NCBI GenBank assembly: GCA_036502065.1
Contig: DASXZF010000272.1
Span: forward strand, 1-46,366
DNA length: 46,366 bases
Reading direction: 5' to 3'
Source: Gaiellales bacterium
Lineage (GTDB): Bacteria > Actinomycetota > Thermoleophilia > Gaiellales > JAICJC01
Position 1 is the stretch's first letter, and each line of letters opens with the position of its first letter. Under the pieces are notes generated by a model. It saw nothing but the letters and a program-made list of their open reading frames with translations, had not been told where the DNA came from and did no database searches. Positions 35,165 to 43,824 of this stretch are shown here, piece after piece. Both the position numbers and the translations under genes were made by a program.

Positions 35165-35848
35165 CTACGCGCCTGGCGGCGTGCTGCGGTCGGCGACCAG
35201 GCGCTGCGCGACCTCGCGCAGCTTCGTATTGGAGTGCTGGGAGAGCTCGACGAGCCGCTCGAACGCGCGGTCGGCATCCACGCGCTCGTCGGCCATGAGG
35301 ATGCCCTTCGCCTGCTCGATGACGGCGCGGCTGCGCATGGCCTCGGCCAGGTCCTCGGCCAGCCTGGCCGTCGAGCGATAGGCCTCGACGCTCTGGACGG
35401 CCGCCGCGAGCTGCTCGGCGAAGCTCTCGGCGGCGCGCACCTGCTGATCGCCGAGCTCGTAACGGCGCCGGGCGTAGAAGTTGAGCGACGCGGCCACCTC
35501 GGCGGCGTCGGTCGGAACGTGCACCGACAACGTCGAATGCACTCCCATCTGTGCGGCGGTGCGGCTGAAGTGCTGCCAGCGTGGGTCGTCCACCGACGCA
35601 TCCTCGAGGTAGATCGGCTCGCTCTGGTCGAGCACGCTCAGACACGGCCCCGACCGTCCATCGTACTGGGCGTCGTCGAGCTCGACGAGCCGTTGATCGG
35701 TCGCTGCGATCGTCGACATGCCTCCGCGCTGGTAGCGGGCGGTGACGGTTGCCGCGTCGAAGCCGAGCACCTCGACCGCCGTCTCCAGGATGAGGTTCAG
35801 CAGCCGGTTCAGCCGCGTTTCCGCAGCGTCGCTCTGCACGTCGCCCAT
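35165..35848 (-). CDS. GAF-ANTAR RNA-binding regulator
   Basis: The N-terminus is GAF-like (LNLILETAVEVLGFDAATV...). The ANTAR part is LAEAMRSRAVIEQAKGILMADERVDADRAFERLVELSQHSNTKLREVAQRLV. Confidence 0.8.
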   Translation of the reverse strand: MGDVQSDAAETRLNRLLNLILETAVEVLGFDAATVTARYQRGGMSTIAATDQRLVELDDAQYDGRSGPCLSVLDQSEPIYLEDASVDDPRWQHFSRTAAQMGVHSTLSVHVPTDAAEVAASLNFYARRRYELGDQQVRAAESFAEQLAAAVQSVEAYRSTARLAEDLAEAMRSRAVIEQAKGILMADERVDADRAFERLVELSQHSNTKLREVAQRLVADRSTPPGA

Positions 35849-35962
35849 CTGATCGTCTCTGATCCGTTCCCCGGGAAGGCGCAAGTCGTGCGACGACCGG
35901 CCACACACAAGCGGGGAACGTGGGCTCGCGCGGAGTCAGAGGCTAAGGGGGATGGTACTCCT

Positions 35963-36784
35963 TTATCCCGCGGTCATCTCATCGGCCTGTACGTCGACCC
36001 GGCTCCACGCCAGGTAGCCGACGAGCGCGACGATCGGAATCGTCAGGCCGATGCTGACGTCGCCGCGGCCCCAGTCGAGCCCGCCGAGCGCATGCGGCAC
36101 GCCCATCCAGTCGGCGAACGACGCTCCCAGCGGACGGGTGACCACGTAGGCGAACCAGAATGCGACGATCGGGTCGAGCCGCAGCCGGCGCCAGCCGACG
36201 AGCGGCACCGTGATCAGGACGGCGAACATGACGCCGGAGTCGAGATAGCCCAGGTTGAGCGTGCGCGCGGTCATGTCGCCGGCCGCCGTCCCGAGCGCGA
36301 ACGTGGCCATCACGGCCGACCAGTAGAAGAGCTCGCGGCGCGGAGTGAAGATGCTGTGGATCGAGACGGTGCCCTCGGTGCGCTGCCAGGCGACGAAGAT
36401 CACGACCAGCGTCACGGCGAAGAGCGCCGTCGAGACGATGTAGGGCACGTGCAGGCCGATGTGCAGCGCGTCGGCGGCCATCGTGCCGAACACGGCCACC
36501 ATCACGACGGCGAACCAGTACGTGACGGCGCGGTAGCGGGTCGCGCGCAGCTGCCACCACATCGCCACCGCGAGGACGGCGGCGCCGATGAGCACGGCGA
36601 CGGGTGGCGGCAGGCGGTGCACGAGAAAGTCCGACGTGGCCTCGCCCATCCCGGTCGTGAGCACCTTGATCACCCAGAAGTAGACCGTGATCTCGGGCAC
36701 CTTGACGAGCCCCTTGCGGACGAGCGCCGCCCGGCGCGTTGCGCCCTCGCGGCGGTCGATGGGGGTGTCCGTCTGGGTCGGCAT
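35963..36784 (-). CDS. integral membrane protein (COG4705-like, uncharacterised)
   Basis: About 8 TM helices, with VPEITVYFWVIKVLTTGMGEATSDFL near the N-terminus. The ATG at 36784 is preferred over the TTG at 36823. Confidence 0.55.
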   Translation of the reverse strand: MPTQTDTPIDRREGATRRAALVRKGLVKVPEITVYFWVIKVLTTGMGEATSDFLVHRLPPPVAVLIGAAVLAVAMWWQLRATRYRAVTYWFAVVMVAVFGTMAADALHIGLHVPYIVSTALFAVTLVVIFVAWQRTEGTVSIHSIFTPRRELFYWSAVMATFALGTAAGDMTARTLNLGYLDSGVMFAVLITVPLVGWRRLRLDPIVAFWFAYVVTRPLGASFADWMGVPHALGGLDWGRGDVSIGLTIPIVALVGYLAWSRVDVQADEMTAG

Positions 36785-36875
36785 GCGCTCGGTGAGGCTC
36801 GCCGTGCCAGCGGCCTGCAACAAGGGATACCCGGCCTGGATTGAGGGCCCGTTGGCGCCCGCCGCCCGGAGGCGG

Positions 36876-37427
36876 CTAGAGCGTCTCGTGATAGTGGCGC
36901 GTCCACTTCATGAACGTCTTTCGCGGCCACGTCGTGCCCGGGCACGTGTGGCTGTGATCCCCCGCGAGCATCAGCCGCTTCGCCATCTGGTTCACGAGGA
37001 AGTGGTCGGAGATCCCGCTTGCGTTGGCCTCCAGCTCGGCCGCCTCGAGCCAGGTGACCGGGATCCCGAAGTGCTTGCAGTGATATGCCGCCTTGTACGC
37101 CGCGCGCTTGATCGTGTCGAGGTGCGCGTCCCAGTCGGCCGCCGTCCAGGCCGCGAACCCGGCCTGCTCGATGTGGAAGCCGACCGTGTTTGCTCCCGGC
37201 GCCGCCATCGGGATCTCGTCGTTTGCGAGGCAGCGGAAGCACATGTCGTCGTCGACGACGAGGTGCGCGCTCGACTGACGCGTCGTCGTCGAGAAGTCGG
37301 CCGCCACGCTCTCGGCGCTCGGGTTCTCGGCGACGTGCATGACGATCAGCCGCACGTCGCTCAAGGGGCGCGTTCCCTGCACCTGCCGCGCATGGAACCG
37401 CTTGCTACAGGACTCAGTGATCTCCAT
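36876..37427 (-). CDS. N-acetylmuramoyl-L-alanine amidase (Amidase_2/PGRP, T7-lysozyme-like), no signal peptide
   Basis: IVMHVAE..., SAHLVVDDD, GANTVGFHIEQAG and C-terminal DHSHTCPG are amidase_2-type zinc/catalytic motifs. The ATG at 37427 was chosen. Confidence 0.65.
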   Translation of the reverse strand: MEITESCSKRFHARQVQGTRPLSDVRLIVMHVAENPSAESVAADFSTTTRQSSAHLVVDDDMCFRCLANDEIPMAAPGANTVGFHIEQAGFAAWTAADWDAHLDTIKRAAYKAAYHCKHFGIPVTWLEAAELEANASGISDHFLVNQMAKRLMLAGDHSHTCPGTTWPRKTFMKWTRHYHETL

Positions 37428-37551
37428 CTGGTCACCTGCCAAGGTGTCAGGGAAACGGTGCGGAACACCACCACTTCCAAACGGATACCGACAACCGATC
37501 TGTGAGCGAGTCGCCGAGGCTACGCGGTGGCGCGCGAGCGGTCAAGGCGCG

Positions 37552-38760
37552 TCACGACGGCGTCTGCTTCGACGGGCGCAGCCACACCTCGATGTGGCGG
37601 GGCTGCACCGTGGACTGGATGACGGCGACGAGGTCGGCGTGCAGCGAGTCGAGGTCGATCTGCTCGCGCAGCCGGCCCGTGAACGCGTCGAGCGTCTGGC
37701 CCGCGTCGTAGTTTTGACGGTAGAACGTCGTCGCGACCGTCGCCTGGATCCGGCGCCGCAGCGGCTGGAACGCCCCGGCGACGGCCAGCGTCGAGATGGT
37801 CACCGCCAACGGGCCGGACTGGCCCGTGAGCGCCTCCAGGGAGTGTCCGATCAGGAAGATGCCGCCCAGGTACACCAGCGCCAACGACCCGACCAGTGCG
37901 GCATAGACGATCGTCTTTCGGATGATGACGTCGATCTCGTACAGCCGGAACTTGAGGATCCCGATGCCGAGGCTGATCGGGAGCGCGATCACGCACGTCA
38001 GGGCGACGGCGCTGACGACCCCGTTCACCTCGGCAACGGTGACGACCCCGCCGATCGTCGCGATGGCGCCGCCTCCGATCAGCCACTTCAGCTGCTGGCG
38101 GCGCTCCGGGCCTGACCTGCGATAGCGCGGCACCTGGTATGCCAACCACGCCAGCAGCAGCAGGCCGAGCAGCGGGAAGAACGAGCTCTGAACCGCGCCC
38201 CACCACGCCGTGTCGCCGCGGGGGTGGTTGATCACGTTCAGGTCGCCACCCGTCGTCATTCCTACGCTGCGCTCCACGACGGCTCGCACAGCGATCCCGA
38301 ACGCGCCGCCGGCCCACACGAGTCCGAGCAGGAGGTACGCGGCGGCCGGCCAGCGCCAGCGCCGCGACGGCAGCTCGCCGTCGGGGAAGAGCAGGACGAC
38401 GAGGCCGAAGAGCACGATCGCCGGCGCCCAGGACGGCTGGAGGATCACCGCCAGCCATCCCAGCGGCCAGCCCCGGTGCTCGCGGTAGGCGGTGACGGAA
38501 TAGGCGGACGCGTCGACGTTCAGGATGAAGAAGAACGCGATCAGCAGCAGCATCCAGCCGATCGGGTGGCGCGGCTGGCGGGCCGCCACCACGAGTCCGA
38601 CGGCGAGGAACGCCACGATCAGCGGGGTGCCGGAGGCGACGTTCGTGGCGATGTTCTGGTGGGCGGCCTGGCCGAGCGGGATCGCGACGGCGAAGAGGAC
38701 AACGACGAGCGCGGCCAACGCGAAGGCCGCGCCACGTCCCCGTCTCACATCGCGATCCAC
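37552..38760 (-). CDS. polytopic membrane protein resembling the N-terminal sensor module of actinobacterial histidine kinases, with no kinase domains
   Basis: About 9 TM segments are followed by FRLYEIDVIIRKTIVYAALVGSLALVYLGG...AFQPLRRRIQATVATTFYRQNYDAGQTLDAFTGRLREQIDLDSL...VQPRHIEVWLRP. The ORF ends there, with no H-box or ATPase. The GTG at 38760 was chosen. Confidence 0.55.
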   Translation of the reverse strand: MDRDVRRGRGAAFALAALVVVLFAVAIPLGQAAHQNIATNVASGTPLIVAFLAVGLVVAARQPRHPIGWMLLLIAFFFILNVDASAYSVTAYREHRGWPLGWLAVILQPSWAPAIVLFGLVVLLFPDGELPSRRWRWPAAAYLLLGLVWAGGAFGIAVRAVVERSVGMTTGGDLNVINHPRGDTAWWGAVQSSFFPLLGLLLLAWLAYQVPRYRRSGPERRQQLKWLIGGGAIATIGGVVTVAEVNGVVSAVALTCVIALPISLGIGILKFRLYEIDVIIRKTIVYAALVGSLALVYLGGIFLIGHSLEALTGQSGPLAVTISTLAVAGAFQPLRRRIQATVATTFYRQNYDAGQTLDAFTGRLREQIDLDSLHADLVAVIQSTVQPRHIEVWLRPSKQTPS

Positions 38761-38846
38761 CGGCCCATTCTCCCATCGGCGGCGTTCCGGGACCGTTACG
38801 GCGCGGTGCGGCCGACACCGTGCGACCATCCGGGCGTGGAGGCATC

Positions 38847-39344
38847 GTGACGACCGACAAGACGGGACGCACGAGCGCGGGCATCGTGCTCTGGCGCGAG
38901 GGCGGCGACGGCCTCGAGGTGCTGCTCGCGCACATGGGCGGGCCGCACTGGGTGAAGAAGGATCACGGCCACTGGACGATCCCGAAGGGAGAGGCCGAGC
39001 CGGGCGAGGAGCTCGTCGCCGTCGCACGGCGCGAGTTCGCCGAGGAGACGGGGCATGCCGTGCCCGATGGGCCGCTGATCGAGCTCGGCCGGATCACCCA
39101 GAAGTCCGGGAAGGTCGTGCTGGCGTGGGCCGCTGCGGGCGACCTCGATCCGGCCGCAGCCGTGAGCAACACCTTCGACATGGAATGGCCGCCCCGCTCG
39201 GGCCGGATCCAGAGCTTCCCCGAGATCGACCGGGTCGAATGGTTCGCCCTCGGAGAGGCCAGACTGCGGCTCAAGGCGGCGCAGGTGCCGTTCCTCGACC
39301 GGCTCGAGGCGGCCCGCCTGACCCCGTCTGAAGAAGTTCGTTGA
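38847..39344 (+). CDS. NUDIX hydrolase
   Basis: The GTG is preceded by GGAGG with a 4-nt spacer. The Nudix box is GEAEPGEELVAVARREFAEETGH. Confidence 0.8.
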   Translation: MTTDKTGRTSAGIVLWREGGDGLEVLLAHMGGPHWVKKDHGHWTIPKGEAEPGEELVAVARREFAEETGHAVPDGPLIELGRITQKSGKVVLAWAAAGDLDPAAAVSNTFDMEWPPRSGRIQSFPEIDRVEWFALGEARLRLKAAQVPFLDRLEAARLTPSEEVR

Positions 39345-39375
39345 CGCCGTCCGCACGAGCCCGTAAAGTGTCGGC

Positions 39376-39921
39376 ATGCTGAGGCAGGGTCCCCGCCGCG
39401 CAATGCTCACAATCGCCTTCGTCTGCGCGGTCGTCGCGCTCGCGGCGGCGTGCGGTTCGAGCTCATCGAGCGGGTCCACCAACACCGGCGGCGGCGGCGG
39501 TGGCGGGGCGAGCTCGTCGGGCGGTGGCGGGAGCACACCCAGCCTGAATGGCGGTGGCGGCAGCCTGTCTGACTCGAGCTTCTGCTCGCTGGCCAAGAAG
39601 TGGTCGAAGCAGGAGAACAAGCAGACATCCGCGCTGACGAGCCTCGGGTCAGGCCCGGCCGGGATGAAGGCCTTCTACACCACGCTCACCAAGGACTACC
39701 AGCAGGTGATCGCGGTCGCCCCGGGAGACATCAAGCCGAGCCTGGTCGTTCTCTACGGCGACTTCACCCAGCTCACATCGATCCTCGCCAAGCACAACTA
39801 CAACATCGAGAAGGCCGCCCCCGATCTGGCCGCTGTCGAGGGAATCTTCAACAGCGCGAAGACGAAGGCCGCGATCGCCAAGCTGGACGCCTGGGGCAAG
39901 ACGAACAGCTGCCACGTGTAG
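39376..39921 (+). CDS. putative lipoprotein with Gly/Ser-rich linker
   Basis: The signal peptide plus lipobox is MLTIAFVCAVVALAAACGS, followed by a long G/S linker and a helical domain of about 110 aa. An alternative start is at 39403. Confidence 0.6.
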   Translation: MLRQGPRRAMLTIAFVCAVVALAAACGSSSSSGSTNTGGGGGGGASSSGGGGSTPSLNGGGGSLSDSSFCSLAKKWSKQENKQTSALTSLGSGPAGMKAFYTTLTKDYQQVIAVAPGDIKPSLVVLYGDFTQLTSILAKHNYNIEKAAPDLAAVEGIFNSAKTKAAIAKLDAWGKTNSCHV

Positions 39922-39965
39922 CAGCGGCGGTTCGGGCGGGACGGTGCGTAACGTAGGATCGCGCG

Positions 39966-41588
39966 GTGCCGAGCCGCCTTGCGCCTCTCGCAAAGCTCGC
40001 CCGCAACCCTGACCTGCGCCGCTGCGGTGTCGGGTTCGCGCTCTTCAACGCCGCCGAGTACGGCGAGTGGATCGCTCTGCTCGTCTACGCGTTCGCGCAC
40101 GGCGGGGCGAGCACAAGCGGTCTGCTCGCCTTCGCGCAGCTGATCCCGTGCGCGCTTTTGACGCCGTTCCTCGCGACCGCCGTCGACCGCTACCAGCCGG
40201 GCAAGGTGCTCGCCGCGGGGTTCCTCGCCCAGGGCATCGGCATGGCGCTCCTCGCCCTGGCGCTTCTGGCCCATGCACCCGCGCCGCTCGTCTACGCGCT
40301 TGCAATCGTCGTCGCCCCGAGCTTCAACCTGACCCGCCCCACGATGAACGTGCTCCTGCCGCCGGCCGTGCACACGCCGGACGAGCTCACGGCCGGTAAC
40401 GCCGCAATGGGCTGGATCGAGAGCTCCGGTGTGGTCGCCGGCCCGCTGCTGACGGCCCTGCTGCTGCTGGTGGGCGGGCCGGGCTCCGTGCTGGCGGTGT
40501 TCGCGGCGCTCATGCTCGTCTCGGCCTGGGTGGCGCTCCCGCTCACGCGGTCTCTGCCGGCTCCCGAGCAGGCGGAGTCCGGGTCGCCCATCGCCGATGC
40601 CATCGACGGATTCCGGCTGCTCGCCGGCGATCGCGGGACGACGCTGCTCGTCGCGGTGCTCACCTCGCAGTCACTCTTGCTCGGTGCGATCGACGTGCTG
40701 GTCGTGGTGCTCTCGATCGATGTGCTCGGGCTCGGCAACGCGGGCGTCGGCGTCCTGAACGCCGCGTTCGGCGTCGGCGGCCTGGTGGCGGTCGTGCTCA
40801 CGCTGGGACTCGTCGGCCGGCGCCGGCTGGCTCCCGCGATCGTCGAGGCGGCGATCCTGATGGCGGCCGTCGCGCTGATCGCCGTGTGGCCGCACATCGT
40901 CGTCGCGCTCGCGCTGCTCGCGGTGACGAGCGTCGGCCGCAGCCTCTTCGACGTCAGCGGCCGCACGCTCCTGCAGCGCACGGGCTCACCGGCAGTGCTC
41001 GGCCGGATCTTCGGTGTGCTCGAGAGCATCGACATGCTCGGACTCGCGCTCGGCTCGATCCTCGTCCCGGCGCTGATCCACTTCGGCGGCACGAAGGCGG
41101 CGATCGTCGGGGTGGGCGGGATCATGCCGCTCGTCACACTCCTGCTCCTGCCGGCCATCCTGGGGGCCGACGCGCGGGCGACGGTACCCATCGTGCAGAT
41201 CGGGCTCCTGCGCGCGTCGCCGATCTTCCAGCCGCTGCGGCCGCCGGAGCTCGAGGCGGTCGCCCGCCAGATGCAGCCGCTCGCCGTGGCGGCCGGGAGC
41301 GTCGTGGTCCGCGAGGGCGATCCGGGCGACCTGTACTACCTGATCGGGTCGGGCGCCCTGCACGTCACCGCGCACGGGCTCGATGTCGACCTCGGCCGCG
41401 GCGACGGGTTCGGCGAGATCGCGCTGCTCCACGACGTCCCCCGCACCGCGACGGTCACCGCCCGGGGCGACGCAGGCCTCTTCACGCTGACGCGCGACGA
41501 CTTCCTGACCGCGGTGATGGGCCATGCCGACATAGACCGCCGCGTGCGCGGCCTCGCACGTGAGCGGCTGGAGGGGCAGACGCCCTGA
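39966..41588 (+). CDS. MFS transporter fused to a C-terminal cyclic-nucleotide-binding (CAP_ED) domain
   Basis: About 12 TM segments are followed by LRASPIFQPLRPPELEAVARQMQPLAVAAGSVVVREGDPGDLYYLIGSG...GDGFGEIALLHDVPRTATVTA. GTG start. Confidence 0.8.
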   Translation: MPSRLAPLAKLARNPDLRRCGVGFALFNAAEYGEWIALLVYAFAHGGASTSGLLAFAQLIPCALLTPFLATAVDRYQPGKVLAAGFLAQGIGMALLALALLAHAPAPLVYALAIVVAPSFNLTRPTMNVLLPPAVHTPDELTAGNAAMGWIESSGVVAGPLLTALLLLVGGPGSVLAVFAALMLVSAWVALPLTRSLPAPEQAESGSPIADAIDGFRLLAGDRGTTLLVAVLTSQSLLLGAIDVLVVVLSIDVLGLGNAGVGVLNAAFGVGGLVAVVLTLGLVGRRRLAPAIVEAAILMAAVALIAVWPHIVVALALLAVTSVGRSLFDVSGRTLLQRTGSPAVLGRIFGVLESIDMLGLALGSILVPALIHFGGTKAAIVGVGGIMPLVTLLLLPAILGADARATVPIVQIGLLRASPIFQPLRPPELEAVARQMQPLAVAAGSVVVREGDPGDLYYLIGSGALHVTAHGLDVDLGRGDGFGEIALLHDVPRTATVTARGDAGLFTLTRDDFLTAVMGHADIDRRVRGLARERLEGQTP

Positions 41589-41594
41589 ACGCCG

Positions 41595-41873
41595 TTACCG
41601 GGCCACGGGCCGACCGCGGCGCCGCACCCGGCCGGCCGCCTGCTGGCCGGGGCCGCCGCCGCGATGGGGGCCGGCGTCGCCGCGGCGATGCCACGACCAC
41701 GGCGGTCGCGGCGGCGGCGCGACGCGATCCGAGCCGCCGCCGCCGTCGTCGCCGCTCTCCCCGCGTCCACCCGGCGCCGCTCGCAACGTGTCCTTCAGGC
41801 ACAGCCAGAGCAGGCCGAATGCGAATGCCCCGGAGAGCGGAAACCAGAAGCCGAGCACGTCGACGGCGGTCAC
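41595..41873 (-). CDS. hypothetical small membrane protein with Gly/Arg/Pro-rich tail
   Basis: The GTG lies 9 nt after the MocR stop. It has one TM segment (VLGFWFPLSGAFAFGLLWLCL) and a low-complexity tail, so this could be a spurious ORF. Confidence 0.3.
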   Translation of the reverse strand: MTAVDVLGFWFPLSGAFAFGLLWLCLKDTLRAAPGGRGESGDDGGGGSDRVAPPPRPPWSWHRRGDAGPHRGGGPGQQAAGRVRRRGRPVAR

Positions 41874-41882
41874 GAGAGCACC

Positions 41883-43277
41883 CTACCCCGCCGCCCCGAT
41901 GGCCGCACACAGCCGGGCGACGGCGGTCGTGAAGTCATGCTCGGGCGGCGTCGCATAGCCGACGACGAGCGCCGGGCGGTGAGCCGCCACGGCGCCGAAC
42001 CGATAGGCGTCGAGCCCCTCCACGGCCAGCCCATTTCGCGCTGCCCGCTCGATCACGTCCGCCTCCGAGACGCACTCGGGCAGCTCGACCAGCACGTGCA
42101 GGCCGGCCGCGACCCCGCCGATGCGCGCCTCGGGCACCTCGCGGCGCAAGATGGCCACGAGCCGCTCCCGGCGGCGCTGGTAGACGAGCCGGCAGCGGCG
42201 CACGTGGCGGTCGTAGATCCCCGACGTCAGAAGCTCGGCAAGCGCGAGCGCGTCGAGCACGCCCGTTCCGGCATCGGCCAGTCGCTTGGCCTCGGTCAGG
42301 TCGGCGACGAGATGCGCAGGGGCGGCGAGCCATCCCAGGCGCAGCCCGGGCGCGAGGCTCTTGCTGGCGGTACCCGCATAGACGACCCGCTCCGGCGCGA
42401 GCGCCTGCATCGCCCCGACGGCCTGGCGGTCGTAGCGAAACTCGCCGTCGTAGTCGTCCTCGACGATCAGGCCGTCGGTGGCGGCCGCCCACTCGACCGC
42501 GAGCCGGCGCCGCTCCGGTGCGAGCGGCACTCCGAGCGGAAACTGATGCGCCGGCGTGAGCAGCGCCACGTCGGCATCTGCAAGGCCGGCGAGCACGGCG
42601 CCGCCGGCGTCGACGGGCAGTGGCGTGACGGCGAGGCCGCAGGCCGCGGCGACCCCACGATGGTGCGGGAGGCCGAACGCCTCGACACCGATCCTGCGCG
42701 CGCCGCGCCCGCGCTGCACCCGGCAGACGAGGCCGAGCGCCTGCACGAACCCCGAACACACGACGATCCGGTCGGGCGTCGTGCGGACGCCGCGGACGCG
42801 GCCGAGGTAGTCCGCGAGCGCCCGGCGCAGCTCATGCGGGCCGCGCGGGTCGCCGTAGACGAGCGCCTGATCGGGCGCCTTGGCGAGCGCGCGCCGGGCG
42901 GCGCCGATCCACGCCGCCCGCGGAAACATGCTGACGTCGGGCCGGCCCGGTCGCAGGTCGTGCCGGATCCGGGCGGCGGCGTCCGCCGCCTCCTCCGTCG
43001 CGGCGGGCGCGAGCACGCGATCGGCCACACGCGTGCCCGATCCGCGCCGGGCCGCCAGCCAGCCCTCGGCGACGAGCTGCGCATAGGCCTGTGCGACCGT
43101 GTTTCGGGCGACGCCCAGGTCGCGGGCGAGCGTGCGCGACGGCGGAAGCGGAGTGCCCGGCCGCAGCCGGCCGCTCTGGATCGCGTCGCGCAGGCCGCGC
43201 TCGAGGCCGGCGCGGCGGTGCCGGCCGGCGGGTTCGATCAGCAGGTCGATCCCAAGATTGGCCCACGATTCAGGCAT
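41883..43277 (-). CDS. MocR/PdxR-type regulator (GntR wHTH fused to a PLP aminotransferase-fold domain)
   Basis: The GntR HTH is LPPSRTLARDLGVARNTVAQAYAQLVAEGWL. The fold-type I domain has the PLP-lysine motif SKSLAPGLRLGW. Confidence 0.85.
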   Translation of the reverse strand: MPESWANLGIDLLIEPAGRHRRAGLERGLRDAIQSGRLRPGTPLPPSRTLARDLGVARNTVAQAYAQLVAEGWLAARRGSGTRVADRVLAPAATEEAADAAARIRHDLRPGRPDVSMFPRAAWIGAARRALAKAPDQALVYGDPRGPHELRRALADYLGRVRGVRTTPDRIVVCSGFVQALGLVCRVQRGRGARRIGVEAFGLPHHRGVAAACGLAVTPLPVDAGGAVLAGLADADVALLTPAHQFPLGVPLAPERRRLAVEWAAATDGLIVEDDYDGEFRYDRQAVGAMQALAPERVVYAGTASKSLAPGLRLGWLAAPAHLVADLTEAKRLADAGTGVLDALALAELLTSGIYDRHVRRCRLVYQRRRERLVAILRREVPEARIGGVAAGLHVLVELPECVSEADVIERAARNGLAVEGLDAYRFGAVAAHRPALVVGYATPPEHDFTTAVARLCAAIGAAG

Positions 43278-43323
43278 GGATGCGGACCATAGTCGAGGGC
43301 CACACCGAGGCTACGGTACAGAC

Positions 43324-43815
43324 ATGACAGACACCGGCACCACCACTCAGATCCCCGTGCGGCTCGACTTCGACCAGCACGCCCCCGACTACTCCGGCGC
43401 CATGAGCCACCTCGACCGCGTCGCCACCAAGGCGCTCGACAAGGTCGACTTCGATCACCGGCTGCGCGAGCTCGTGCGCATCCGCGCCTCGCAGCTGAAC
43501 GGGTGCGCCTACTGCATCGACATGCACACCAAGGACGCGCGCGCGATCGGCGAGACCGAGCAGCGCATCTACGCGCTCGCAGCGTGGCGCGAGGCGCCGT
43601 TCTTCACCGACCGCGAGCGGGCCGCTCTGCGGTTCACCGAGTCGGTCACCCGCTGCTCCGAGACGCACGTGCCGGCCGCCGACTACGACGCGGTCGCAGA
43701 GCACTTCGGCCCGGCCGAGATCGGCGCGCTGCTCGGCCTGATCGTCACGATCAATGCCTGGAACCTGCTGAGCGTGGCGACGCGCGCGTGGGAGCCGGGG
43801 TCATACCAGGCCTGA
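43324..43815 (+). CDS. carboxymuconolactone decarboxylase / AhpD-like family protein
   Basis: LRELVRIRASQLNGCAYCIDMHTKDA contains the CxxC motif; 163 aa. It is divergent from the MocR gene, with a 46-bp gap. Confidence 0.8.
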   Translation: MTDTGTTTQIPVRLDFDQHAPDYSGAMSHLDRVATKALDKVDFDHRLRELVRIRASQLNGCAYCIDMHTKDARAIGETEQRIYALAAWREAPFFTDRERAALRFTESVTRCSETHVPAADYDAVAEHFGPAEIGALLGLIVTINAWNLLSVATRAWEPGSYQA

Positions 43816-43824
43816 CGGCGCTCG

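Noticed and set aside
34964-36844. 626-aa plus-strand ORF
   Set aside because: It is antisense to the STAS, GAF-ANTAR and membrane protein genes. It has no motifs and a biased R/G/A/D/E/H composition.
39475-39564. GGC/GGT/AGC-rich repetitive stretch
   Set aside because: It encodes the Gly/Ser linker (GGGGGGGASSSGGGGS...GGGGS) of the lipoprotein gene. It is in frame and irregular, so it is not a CRISPR array or a structured tandem repeat.
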